This document shows positions 25,281 to 35,500 of a stretch of 39,883 nt of DNA, one piece after another. The notes below the pieces were generated by a model that ran no database searches, was not told the DNA's origin, and worked only from the letters and a program-made list of their open reading frames with translations. A program made the translations under genes and the position numbers. How positions within the stretch are numbered: the first letter of the stretch is position 1; each line of letters opens with the position of its first letter. Location: NCBI GenBank assembly GCA_044370095.1, contig JBILWD010000001.1, positions 1 to 39,883 of the forward strand. Direction: 5' to 3'. This DNA comes from Opitutaceae bacterium (lineage in GTDB: Bacteria > Verrucomicrobiota > Verrucomicrobiia > Opitutales > Opitutaceae).

Positions 25281-28200
25281 CCCACCCGCCGGCGCCGCAG
25301 CGCTGGAACTCACGCCCCCCACCGGAGCCGCGGGCGTCGCCCCCACCGGCGCGGGAACCAGCGCCGCCGGCGGCAGGGCCGCCGCGCGCAGGCGTTGCAC
25401 CACGCCGGGCTCCGCGGTCGCCAGGATTCGGCGCACGAGACGGCGCACCGAGGGATGGTTGAACAAGTCCGGCGTCCGCAGCGTGAGGCCCAGGTCGCGG
25501 TTCAGGCGCTCGATGATCTCCACCGCTAGAATCGAATCGACGCCCAAGCTCTCGAACGTCGCATCCTCCCCCACCGGATCCCCCTCCGCCTGCACCGCCC
25601 GCGCCACGACCTCCGTGGTGCGCGCCCGCAGCCAACGCGCCAACGCCTCGTCCGCCTCCTCCGCCGAGACCTCCGCGGTCGCCGCGGGCGCTGCCGGCAA
25701 CGGGCGGGGCAGGGGCAGGTCAACGGGTGCGGCCACCGGCGTCACGCCCGCGCCGACCCCCTCCGCCGGATCGCGGCGCGCCACGATCACCGCCTGCGGG
25801 AAACGATCCGCCGGCGCCGGACTGCGGCCCAGCACCTCCACGTGCCGATACCCCTCCTCCGCGAGGATCTGTCGCCACTGGTCCTCGTCCGACAATGGCG
25901 CCTCCGGCCGGCGCCGCTCGGGGTCGCGGCACGCCCACCAGCGCGCGAGCAGGCCGTAGGTCAGGCCGTTGAGCACGTGGGCACGCGTCGCCTCCACGAG
26001 GACCAGCCGCCCCCCGGGCCGCAGCAGGGCGCGGAGGTGGCGGAGGGCCGGGCCCAGCTCGGCCAGGGTGTGCAGCACGTTGGCCGCGACGATGACGTCG
26101 CAGCTCGCGGGGGCCTGACCCTGCGGCCCCGGAGGCTGCTCGAGGTCGAGCAACCCGAACCGCATCCCCGGGTAACGGGGCCCGAGCCGCTCCTGCCCGT
26201 GGCGCCGGAAGGCGGGGGCAATATCGGTGAAGACATACTGCGCGTCGGGCCGCTCCCGCGCGAGCCGGGCCGCTACCGCCTCGGTGGTGGCCCCCGTGCC
26301 GGCACCGACCTCCAACACCCGCGGCGCCGGACCACCCGGAGGCGGCAGGGCGGCCAGGACGGCCGCGGCGGCGACGCCGTTCGCGTAGTCCATCATCACG
26401 GACCCCTCGTAGAGGGCCGCGACCGCCTGCACGGATCCGCCGGGGAAAAGCACCTCCGCGCCACGCCGGCGGCCGGCGACGACTTCCGGCAGGGCGTCCA
26501 CGCAAGCCGCCAGCAGCCCCGCGTGGGGCGCGAACCGCGGGTGCGCCCCGCCAAAGGCGGCCAAATCGCCGGCTCCCGCCCCCCCGGTGAGGCGCCAGCC
26601 TCCCGGCACCGCCTCGACCAGGCCCGCGTCCGCCAGATGGTACGGCAGGGAAGCGCACAGGCGCGCGTACTCCGGGGTCGCGCCGAGCGCCGCCGCGATG
26701 CGTGCTCCGTCCACCACCTCGCCGGCCCGGGTCCACAGGCCCACCGCGCGCAACCGGCCGAGCAACGCCGCCCCGGTCGTCGCCGACAGGCCATCGAGGG
26801 CGGCCGCCTCCTCCCCGGCCCGGACCGGGTCGAGTCCCAGGGTTAACGGATCGCGCGCCGCCACGGCCGCGGCCAGCAGGGAGTTCGCCGCCGCGGCCGG
26901 CACCGGCGCCGCGGAAGCGGGCCACGGGCGGACCACGTAGCCCTCGACGGCGAGCACGGGGCGGCCGGCGCCGTCGGTCGCCACCCCGTCCACCGCACCT
27001 TCGGCGTTCCGCCAGACGTGCACCTGCAGGCGGTCCGGGCAGGGCGCGAGCCACGCGATGCGGTCTGCCCCGAAGGGCACGCCCCGCTCGTCGCCCCGGC
27101 GCAACCGGAGCAGGGCCGCGAGCTGGAGCACGCCGTCCGCCACCACCACCGGCCAAATCCCCGGGGATCCCGGTGGCGCGCGCAGGGTGGCGCTGGCCGC
27201 CGCCGCGCCGATCACCGCGGCGTCAAGCGTGCGGTAAAGCGGGCCGTACGTGAGCCCGGCCGTGCCGAGCGAGGCGTAGATCGCTTCCGCCATCCACGGC
27301 TCCACGCCTGCGTCGCCCGCCGCGGGGGCCGGACCCGGCGGCCGCGGCACCGGCCCCTCGCCCCATGCAAACCAGCCCCGCGCGTGCTCGCCCGCCGCCG
27401 AACGCACCACGAAGGCCCGGCCATCCGCGCCGTCGCCGAGCACGGCCGTGGCCGCCGCGGGGTCGGCCAGCAGCGGCCGCAGCCAGGTGATCCGCTCCCA
27501 GCGGCAAGGACGGAAGGAGTCGGCCGCCGGGTCTGCCGCGGCGCGGACGAGACCGAGGTGACCGACGGCCGGAAACACCGGCTGGCCGGCCACGCGGTGC
27601 TCGGCGAGCAAGCGCGCCGGATCCGGCGTCGCCGCGGCCGGCACCGCGCGCCCCGACCAATAGGAACGTCGCTCGAACGCGCGGCCCGGCAGGGAAACAC
27701 GCCGGCCACCCCACGGGAAGGGGCCAGGCGGCACCGCGGCGCCCGCCACCCAGGCCTCGGCCGCCACTAGCCCCCCGCGCACCCACGCCGCGAGCAAGTC
27801 AGGCTCACCCTTGACCGCCGTACCGCGCCGAACGGCGGGCGGCGTCTCGCCCCGGCCGCAGGCGGCGAGGACCGCGCGGACCTCGGCCGCGTCCGCCGCC
27901 GAGAACGCGAGGCGTTCGGCGAGGGGCTCGCGCCCGGCGAGGAGCGTCGTGGCCAGATCGGCCAAGGCGATCCCGGCGCCCATCTCCGACCCGAGGTGGG
28001 CGGCAAGTTCCGAGGCCGTGGCGGTCAGCGCCGCCGCGGTGCGCGCCGAGAGCACGATCAGCGCGGGCCCGGCCCCCGCTGGCGCCGCGGGTGACGGGGG
28101 CGCCTCCTCGAGCACAGCGTGCGCGTTGACCCCCGAGAAACCGAAGGAGCTCACGCCGGCCCGGCGCACGGGCGCGGCCTCCCCCGGACGGCGGGCGCCG

Positions 28201-30092
28201 GGCCAGGCCGTCGTCACCGCCGGCAGGTGGAACGGGGTGCCCTCCAGGCGAACGCGGGGGTTGGGCGCGGCGAGGTGCAGGTTGCCGGGGATCAGGCCGG
28301 TGCGCAGCGCGAGCACCACCTTCGCCACGCCCGCCAGCCCCGCCGCCGCCTCGAGGTGGCCGAGCTGCGTCTTCACCGCGCCGAGCGCGCACGGTAACGG
28401 ATCGCGCGCGCCGGCCCAGACGTCACGGAGCGCGTTGACCTCGATCGGATCGCCCAACTGCGTGCCGGTCCCGTGGGTCTCGAGCAGGGCGATCGAGCCC
28501 GGCTCCACTCCCGCGCGCGCCTGCGCCTCGCGGATCACCGCCGCCTGCGCCGCGGGATTCGGCGCGGTGAGCCCCGCCGCGCGACCCCCGTGGTTCTCGG
28601 CCGTCCCCCGCACCAGCGCGAGGATCGGGTCGCCGTCGGCCCGCGCCCGCGCCAACGGCTTCAACAGCAGTGCGACCACGCCTTCGCCGCGCACGTACCC
28701 ATCCGCCGTCGCGTCGAACGCCCGGCAGCGGCCGCGGGGGCTGATCATCCCCGTCTTGGCCGCCTCCGCCGTGACCGCCGGATCCAGAATCAGGTTCACG
28801 CCACCCGCCAACGCCAGGTCGCACTCGCCGAGCCGCAGCGCGGTCACGGCCCGGTGCAGCGCCACCAGCGAGCCGGAACAAGCGGTGTCGATGACCGCAC
28901 TCGGACCGCGCAGATCGAGCAGGTAGGAAACGCGGGCCGCGATCAGGGAGCTGGCCGCACCCAGGGCCCGTTGCGCGCCGGCATCCACGCCGGCCGCGGG
29001 ATCCGGGTCCCCGGGATCGTATTCGGAACCGCCGACGATGCCGACGAACACCCCGGTGCGGCTGCCCGCGAGGCGGCTGACCGGGACGGCCGCATGCTCG
29101 ATCGCCCGCCACGCCGCCTCGAGAAACAGGCGCTGGCGCGGATCCATCGCCGCCGCCTCCCGCCGCGACAGCCCGAAGGCCGGCGCGTCGAACGCCTCGA
29201 CGCCCTCGAGGTATCCGCCTTCGCCCGCCTCGCCGCCACCCGCCAACCGGCGCCGCGCCTCCGGCCAGGGACCGACGGCGTCGAACCCGGCGCGGAGGTT
29301 CGCCCAAAAGGCCGCCGGCCCGTCCGCGCCCGGCAGGCGCAATTCGAGGCCGATGATCGCGATCGGTTCGGCCGCTTCCACCGGGGCGGCCACCGCGGGG
29401 GCCGGTTCCCCGCGCCGTTCCGGCGGGGCCGCGGGATTTGCCGGCGCAGCCGTCGTCAGCCCAGGGGGATTCGCCCCGCGCGCGATGAGATGGCGAGCCA
29501 CCCCGGCCAGGGTGCGCAATTCGTAGAACACGGCCTCGTCCACCGCGACCCCCGTCGCGCGCGCGAGCGCGGTGCTGAGCGCGGTCAGGCGGATGGAGTC
29601 GAAACCGAGGTCGCCCAGCGGACGATCCCACTCGGCGGGTGCCACCTCGGCCCGCAGCACCTCACCCGCCAGCGCCAGCAACGACGGCCGCCACGCGTCT
29701 TCCGTTCCCCGGGACGCCGCCGGCGCGCTGGGCGGAGGCAGGGCGGCCTGCCGCGCAGGCGAGGCGGCGGCCAGGTCCGCAAGCGCGCGGCGGTCGACCT
29801 TGCCGTTGGGCGTGAGGGGCAGGGCGTCGTGCCGCGCGAGCGTCGCCGGCACCATGTACTCGGGCAGGCTCCGCCGGAGGGCGGCCAACAGCGTGGCTGC
29901 GTCTGGCCCGTGCCCCGGAGCGGCAACCCAGTGGCCCGCGAGGCGCAACTCGCCCGCGGGATCGCGCACCGGCACGACCGCAGCCGCCAGCACCCCGGGC
30001 TGCGCCAGCAGGCACGCCTCGATCTCCTCGGGCTCCAACCGGTGACCCCGGAGCTTCAGCTGGCGATCGGCGCGACCGACGTACTCAAGCAT
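22068..30092 (-). CDS. Hybrid NRPS/trans-AT PKS (ORF B), ~2674 aa: A-subdomain-carrier-KS-DH-cMT-ACP-KS-DH-KR(structural half)
   Basis: ORF track entry 22068..30122. Domain-like sequence starts at the in-frame ATG at 30092 (MLEYVGRADRQLKLRGHRLEPEEIE = A8 motif; PLTPNGKVDR = A10). Carrier LGFDSIRL; two KS with Cys-His-His. Confidence 0.88.
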   Translation of the reverse strand: MLEYVGRADRQLKLRGHRLEPEEIEACLLAQPGVLAAAVVPVRDPAGELRLAGHWVAAPGHGPDAATLLAALRRSLPEYMVPATLARHDALPLTPNGKVDRRALADLAAASPARQAALPPPSAPAASRGTEDAWRPSLLALAGEVLRAEVAPAEWDRPLGDLGFDSIRLTALSTALARATGVAVDEAVFYELRTLAGVARHLIARGANPPGLTTAAPANPAAPPERRGEPAPAVAAPVEAAEPIAIIGLELRLPGADGPAAFWANLRAGFDAVGPWPEARRRLAGGGEAGEGGYLEGVEAFDAPAFGLSRREAAAMDPRQRLFLEAAWRAIEHAAVPVSRLAGSRTGVFVGIVGGSEYDPGDPDPAAGVDAGAQRALGAASSLIAARVSYLLDLRGPSAVIDTACSGSLVALHRAVTALRLGECDLALAGGVNLILDPAVTAEAAKTGMISPRGRCRAFDATADGYVRGEGVVALLLKPLARARADGDPILALVRGTAENHGGRAAGLTAPNPAAQAAVIREAQARAGVEPGSIALLETHGTGTQLGDPIEVNALRDVWAGARDPLPCALGAVKTQLGHLEAAAGLAGVAKVVLALRTGLIPGNLHLAAPNPRVRLEGTPFHLPAVTTAWPGARRPGEAAPVRRAGVSSFGFSGVNAHAVLEEAPPSPAAPAGAGPALIVLSARTAAALTATASELAAHLGSEMGAGIALADLATTLLAGREPLAERLAFSAADAAEVRAVLAACGRGETPPAVRRGTAVKGEPDLLAAWVRGGLVAAEAWVAGAAVPPGPFPWGGRRVSLPGRAFERRSYWSGRAVPAAATPDPARLLAEHRVAGQPVFPAVGHLGLVRAAADPAADSFRPCRWERITWLRPLLADPAAATAVLGDGADGRAFVVRSAAGEHARGWFAWGEGPVPRPPGPAPAAGDAGVEPWMAEAIYASLGTAGLTYGPLYRTLDAAVIGAAAASATLRAPPGSPGIWPVVVADGVLQLAALLRLRRGDERGVPFGADRIAWLAPCPDRLQVHVWRNAEGAVDGVATDGAGRPVLAVEGYVVRPWPASAAPVPAAAANSLLAAAVAARDPLTLGLDPVRAGEEAAALDGLSATTGAALLGRLRAVGLWTRAGEVVDGARIAAALGATPEYARLCASLPYHLADAGLVEAVPGGWRLTGGAGAGDLAAFGGAHPRFAPHAGLLAACVDALPEVVAGRRRGAEVLFPGGSVQAVAALYEGSVMMDYANGVAAAAVLAALPPPGGPAPRVLEVGAGTGATTEAVAARLARERPDAQYVFTDIAPAFRRHGQERLGPRYPGMRFGLLDLEQPPGPQGQAPASCDVIVAANVLHTLAELGPALRHLRALLRPGGRLVLVEATRAHVLNGLTYGLLARWWACRDPERRRPEAPLSDEDQWRQILAEEGYRHVEVLGRSPAPADRFPQAVIVARRDPAEGVGAGVTPVAAPVDLPLPRPLPAAPAATAEVSAEEADEALARWLRARTTEVVARAVQAEGDPVGEDATFESLGVDSILAVEIIERLNRDLGLTLRTPDLFNHPSVRRLVRRILATAEPGVVQRLRAAALPPAALVPAPVGATPAAPVGGVSSSAAAPAGGPEPIAIIGMAGQFPDADDLEEFWANLAAGRDSVREVPAERWDWRARFSSDRRAPLRSYSRWGGFLRDPAGFDPLFFRCTPREADLMDPHQRLFLMAAWRALEDAGYADRALDDTRCGVFAGCCAGDYETQLVGRPDWGEAGAFLGNASAILAGRVPFLLNLKGPALAVDTACSSSLVAIHLACESLRAGGCTLALAGGVAVMSSDGFHIRASKTGLLSPTGRCRSFGAGADGIVPAEGVGVVVLKPLGAALRDGDPVHAVIRGSGVNQNGRTNGITAPSAPAQAELETAVYRAAGVDPATLDYVECHGTGTGLGDPMEVAALTEAFRGFTSREGFCVLGSVKSNFGHALAAAGVAGLLKVVLALRQGVIPPTLHARPRNPELVLEGGPFRIADTAQPWPARSGAPRRAAVSSFGFSGANAHLVVEEAPAALPPVTPAAPGPHLFLLSGFTPTALARRVADLAAWLATPAGATAALAEVSFTLAVGRSHFGHRFAVVAADAMELRAALRAFAGATVEVARHDLPAARERRLREGLRAAGAVSDRRALLAEARDAYLAGADARWDALFPVGGVRRVRLPGYPFDLRRCWFAPVPATGASMPAEGGQTFAFAADDPVLADHRVQGEPLLPGAAVAGLVLAAAGRRPGHVPVLRALTWLRPVDAAAAAALAVRWRSGAEEGDWEVISGEGAAEVRHAQGGLAWEPEAAPATVDGAWPAEVGARTLDGETWHELMARGGVDYGAAFRVVRRVVAAAGRVVARLQLDPAAAGTAAQDRVPAPLLDGAFQVAALLGPEGDGGFRFPYGFGRLEVLAPWPGVVRVEASGDPATGAELVVASEEGRVVARLSGYVTRPPRPGPAPVWLVPGWVEAGRPSLAPVAADETVWIVREGGSPVAGALAERHPGAVVLELAAAAGVDPADPGAWAREVAARPAPRRVYFLAGEPDPEADELARVRTAQERGVLALFRLVKALQAQDRWVPGLVLRVVTRGLWAVDGALGRPHAAALAGLAASLGREYPHVDCAAVDLPAGEPDAGAAAALAAAVVAEPAQRAGERVAWRGGRRFTFTLGREEAA
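25420..29370 (-). other. PKS module KS-DH-cMT-ACP (no KR)
   Basis: KS ~29370-28100 (DTACSGS, ETHGTGT, QLGH). DH ~27620-26920 (EHRVAGQPVFP, VADGVLQ). cMT (VLEVGAGTGAT, AANVLH, GLLARWW). ACP ~25640-25420 (LGVDSILAV). Confidence 0.87.
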
Positions 30093-32505
30093 GACGCACC
30101 AGATCCCCGGTCCGGTAAGCACGAACGCCGCCCGCGGCGGCCAGGTTCACGAAGCGTTCCGCGGTGAGGACCGGCTGACCGTGGTAGCCCTCGGCCACGC
30201 CGTCGCCCGAAAGGTAGAGTTCGCCCGTCTCGCCCGGCGCCACCGGCCGGCCGGCCTCGTCCAACACGTGGATCCCCGTGTTGCCCACCGGTTCGCCCAG
30301 CCCGCGCCGCGCCGGATCCGTCACCCGCCCCGCCGTCGACCAGACGGTCGTCTCGGTCGGACCGTACATGTTCCAGAGCTCCCCGACGCGGCCGAGCAAC
30401 TCCGTGGCCAACGCCGCATCCCACGCTTCGCCGCCGCAGAGGGCGCGCACCCGGCGGACTTCGCCGAGGCCGGCCGCGAGGAGCATCTGCCACGTCGCCG
30501 GGGTCGCCTGCACCACCGTGGCTCCGCCCGCCTCCAACCGCGCCCGCAGGCGCGTGCCGCTGCGCGCCACCTCCGCGGGCACCAGGTCGAGCGCACCGCC
30601 GGTGATGAGGGGCAGGAAGAGTTCGAGCGCCGCGATGTCGAAGCAGACGGTGGTGATCGCGAGTACCTCGTCCGCTGCAGTGAATCCCGGCCGCTCCGCC
30701 ATCGCGCACAGGAAGTGCGTGAGGTTGCGCTGCGTGACGCGCACGCCCTTGGGCCGGCCGGTGGAACCGGAGGTGTAGATCACGTACGCCGGCCGCGCCG
30801 GATCGGGCGCCACGGGCGGAGGCGCCACCGCCGGGCCCGGGGCCGCGCAGCCGGAGACGTCGAGGCATTCCAGCCCCACGGGCGCGAACCCCGCCCCCGG
30901 TGCCGTCAGGGCGAACCGCGCGCCGGAATCCGCCACCATCGCCGCGAGGCGTTCGGGCGGGTAGACGGGATCGAGGGGCACGTACGCCGCCCCGGCGCGC
31001 CACACCGCGAGCAGGGCCACGGGCAACTCCAGGGTCCGCGGAAGGCACACGGCCACGAGGTCACCGGGGCGGACGCCGCGCTCCACGAGGCGGGCGGCAA
31101 GGCGGTTGGCCGCCGCGGACAATTCCCCGTGGGTCAGCGTGCCCGCGTCGGTCCGCACCGCCGGCGCATCCGGAGTCTGACGGGCCTGCCGCGCGATCAG
31201 AGTGGCGACGTCGGTGGCGGGAAACGCGAAGCGTTCCGGCCGGGTGAGCGCGCCCACCGCGTGCTCCGCGCCGCCGGCAACGCGGGCCAGCAGGGTGAGG
31301 TAACGGTCGAGGAGGCGTTCGGCGCGCGGGGCCGCGATCCAGGCCGGCCGGAACTTCAGGTGGCAGCGCCAGCCCGCCGCGCCCTCGAGCAGCTCGGCGG
31401 CGAGGGCGAACTCGCCGGTCTGTTGGATGCCGGGGACGAGGCGGTCGAGGACGCCGCGCACCGCCGGATCCGACGCCGCCTGGAAGTACAGGCAGGTCTC
31501 GAGCGCGCCCGCCGCGGAATCGCCGGTCCGCTCCGCGAGGTCGCGGGCGACGACCGGGAACGGGTGCCGCCGGTGCTCGAGGGCTTCCAGCAGGGAGCGG
31601 AAAACCCGCGCCGCAAGGACCGTGAAGGGTTCGTCCGGCTCGATGCGCCCGGGGATGGGCAACAAGTTCACGTGGTGGCCGGCCGTCGCCAGCTCGTCGT
31701 CGTCGCCGCGCAGGTCCACGGCCACGGCGGTCACAACCTCGGGACGCCCGGTGTCCGCGGCCAAGAGGGCCAGCCAAGCGGCGAGGGCCACGGCCTGCGG
31801 GGTGACGTTCGCCGCGGCCGCGGTCGCGAGGAGGCCGGTCCACGTTGCGGCGGGCACGGAGCGTTCGAGGACCAGGCCCGCGGATGCGGCGGCCCGGCGG
31901 GGCCGGGGGAGCACCTCGGGCAGGCCGCGGGGAAAGCGGCCGCGCCAGAAGTCGCGGGCGGCCGCGCCGGCTGGACCCGCGAGGCGCGCCGGTTCGGCCG
32001 CCACCGCCGCCGCCAGGGTGCGGGCGGGCCACGGCGCCGGTTCCCGGCCGTCCCGCCGCGCGGCCAGACGCGCTTCGAGGCGGGCGAGGATCAGCCCCAG
32101 CGAATGGCCGTCACAGACCAGATGATGCAGGGCGAGGAGCAGCCACGGTCCGTCCGGCCGCCGCACCCACGCGGCCCGCCACGACCGGCCCTCCGCCAAG
32201 GCGAAGGGCTCACGGCGAAACCGCTCCAGTTCCGCGGCCCATTCGTCGTCCGTCCAGGCGCGCCCGTCGCGGCACGCCAATTCGATGCCACCCTCGCCCA
32301 CCGCCTGCCGCACCTCGCCGTCGACCGCGCGGAACCGCAGGCGCAGCGCCGGGAAGTCGTGCTCCACGCCGCGCAGGGCCGCCGCCAGCTCCGCCGCCGC
32401 GGTCTCGGGCCAGCGCAGCGCGACGGGCAAATGGTACGCCGTCGCGCCCGGATGCGCCCGCTCCCAGCGCCAGATCGCCGCCTGCCCCGCGCCGAGCGGC
32501 CACTC
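29480..32505 (-). other. NRPS module C-A(Gly)-carrier, with the A domain broken across the ORF A/ORF B junction
   Basis: C domain with HHLVCDG (~32127-32107). A motifs YTSGSTGRPKG, FDIAALEL, VQATPATW, ALCGGEA, NMYGPTETTVWS and YRTGDL give a pocket code of about DILQLGMVWK, matching the established glycine code DILQLGxxWK. A8/A10 and the carrier (GFDS) lie in ORF B. Confidence 0.87.
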
Positions 32506-35500
32506 GGTCGCCGCCGTCACCCCGGCGGGTTCCGGATCGAGCGCGGCCGGCGCGCCGCGGAGCCGCTCCGCCAGTTCGCCCACCGTGCGCGCTTCCGCGA
32601 ACGCACTCACCGGCAGCCGGCGCCCGGTCGCCCGCGCCACCTGGTCGGCCGCCCGGAGCAGTTGCAGCGAGGAAAAGCCAAGCGCCCGCACCTCCAGCTC
32701 GGCGACCACGGCTTCCGCGGACCACCCCGCGAGCCGCGCCAGCACCCGCCGCAGCGCGGCGCCCGGCTCCTCTCCTCCACGTGCCGCCGCCGCGCACCCC
32801 CGCCCAGCCGCGGGCGGGGCCACGCGGTCACGGGCAAACGGATACAGGGGCAACGGCCAGGCCCGCGGCCGGCCCTGCGGGTACAGGATCCGCCAGTCGA
32901 TCGCCACCCCGTGCCGCCAGAGGCGCACCAACTTGTCCCGCGCTCCCCGCGCCAGCGCCGCGGCGACGAACTCCCTTCCCTCCGGGCCCTCGACCAACAG
33001 GGCGATGCCCTCGTCGCTCGCCTCCGCCGAACCCGCGAGCAGGCCCGGGCGGCGCCGCCCGGAGAGGAAGTCCCCCAGCGCGGCCCGCACCTCCGCGATG
33101 CTGCCCGCAACCAACGCCAGCCGGTCCGGCAGCGCCGCCCGGTCCAATTGCAGGGTCGCCGCGATCCGCGGGAACTCCGCCTCGGCGACTCCCTCCAGCG
33201 CCACCCGCAGTTGCTCCGCCGCCGCCCGCAACCGTTCCGGCCCGCGCGCCGAAAGCACGATCGCCTGCGGGCCGGCCGCCGCCACCGCTTCCGCCGCCCA
33301 CGCCGGCGCCTCCTCGACGATCAGGTACCCGTTGCCGCCGAGCCCGTTCTGCCCGTTCACGGCCGCACGCCGCGGCCGCCCTGGCCGGCCCGGCCACGGC
33401 TCCTCCGCGGCCACCAGCCGGAACGGACCCTCGCCGAGCCGCAGCGCCGGGTTGACCGCCCCGAGGTCCGCGATCGGCGGCAACCGCCCGTGCCGCAGAC
33501 TCAGCAAGACTTTGACCAACCCCACCAGGCCCGACGCCGCCATCGCGTGGCCCACGTTCGGCTTGAGGGTCCCCACCGCCACCGGTGGCCCACCCCGGCC
33601 CCGGCTGTCCGCCAAGGCCAGCAACTCCACCTCGTCCCCCAGGGTCGTCGCCGGACTGTGCACCTCCAGGTAATCGAGGTCCGCCGCCGTGATCCCGGCC
33701 GCCGCGTGCACCCGGCGCTGCAGGGCCGACTGGCCCGCGGAGTGCGGCGCCCACAGGCCGTTCTTGGCCCCGTCCTGCCCCGTGCCCCACGCCCGGATCA
33801 CCCCGTGGATCTTGTCGCCGTCCCGCCGCGCATCCTCCAGCCGCTTCAACACCACCGCCACCGCCGCCTCCCCCAGCACCCACCCGTTCGCCTCCGCCGC
33901 GAACGGCCGGCACTGGCCCGTCGGCGACAGGAGCCCGAGGCCCGCGATCGCCGCCCGGTGGTCATCGCCCGCGTTGACGTGCACCGCGCCCACCAGCGCG
34001 ACCTCCGTGGCGCCGGTCGCCAGGGCGCCGCAGGCCAGCTCCAGCGCGGTGAAGGAGGAGGTGCACGCCGTGTCCACCGCGAGGCACGGCCCGCGCCAGT
34101 TGAGCAGGTACGCGAGCCGCGCCGGCAGCGCCGCGGACTGGTGGCCCGCATAAACGTCCGGATCCCCCGCCGGCAGCCGCCGCGCGTGGTCGGAGGTCCC
34201 CACCCCCACGTAAATCCCCGCCCGGTCGCGCGGCCGCCCGTCGGGCACCTGGCCGGCATGCTCCAGCGCCCGCCACGCCTCCAGCAGCAGCAGCCGGTGC
34301 TGCGGGCACATCCGCGCCGCCTCGTCCGCGCTCAAGCCGAAGAACGCCGGGTCAAACTCGTCGACGCCCTCGACGCAGCCCGCCCACCGCTCCGCGCCCG
34401 TTCCCGCCGGTCCGCGCTCCGCGGGCCACGGACCCAACGCGCTCCGGCCTTCCCGGAGAAGCTCCCAGAATTCCTCCACCGTCCGTGCCCCGGGGAAACG
34501 CCCCGCAAACCCGACTACCGCCACCGGCCCGAAGCCGCCCGGCGCGCCCGCGGAGGTGGGGGCGACGGCAGGGCTCGGAGAAGGCGCCGACACCACCCGC
34601 GGAGTTGGGGTCAGGTCGAGGCGGGGGGCCGGCCGCCGCTCCGGCGCCAGAAACCCGCTCACTGGGGTGGGCGCGACCGCGGAGGCTGGCGTGGGCGTGT
34701 CCGTGGGCGCTGCCGCCGCGGGCGGAGCCCCACCCTGTTCCTCCAGCCAGGCCGCCAAGCGGCGTGGGGTCACCTGATCGTAGAGCAACGCCGTGGGCAC
34801 CGGCCGGCCGAGGCGCGCCTGCAGTTTGCGGGTGAATTCCACCGCGAGGATCGAATCCAGCCCGAGGGCCGTGAAGGCGGTGTCGGGCGCTACCCGTGCC
34901 GGATCCGCCAACAGGGCGTCCGCGAGCAGCTCGAGCACCAGCGGCAACCCCGCCGTGCCCCCCGCGACCGCGGCACCGCCCCCGGTTTCTGCCGGCAAAG
35001 GAGGCTTCGCCGTCGAAATCGACTGGGTCGAGGCCGGGACCGTCGGTTCGCTCGCGGGCGCCAGGAAAGCCCCCAACTCCGCCACGCTGGCGAAATCGTA
35101 CAGGCGGGCCGCAGGCAGGGTGACGCCGAATTCCTGCCCCAGCGCCTTGGCCAGCTCCACCGCCAAGATCGAGTCCATCCCCAGCGCGGGCAGCCGCGCG
35201 TCGTCGGTCACCCGCTCCGGGGAGACAAACAGCACGCGCGCCACCGCCTGACGCACGCGTTCCCGGACCTCGGCCGCCGGGCGGGTTGCCGGCGGCACGG
35301 GCGAGATGGGCAGCACAGGCCGCGCGACTGCCGGGGAAACCGCTGGCGCCGTCTCGCCGGCCACCGCTCCCGCGGGGCGGAGCGTGAGCCGGGGGGCGGC
35401 GGCGAACCCCGAACGCACCGGCGCCGCCGCCTCGCCGCCCCGCGCCGCGGCCAGATGCCGCGCCAAGCCTTCCAGCGAGGCGAAATCGTACAAGCGACCG

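Noticed and set aside
30093-30122. Track start of ORF B at 30122 (MLTGPGIWCV...)
   Set aside because: These 10 codons are the out-of-frame reading of the A7 motif of ORF A. Homology begins at the ATG at 30092.
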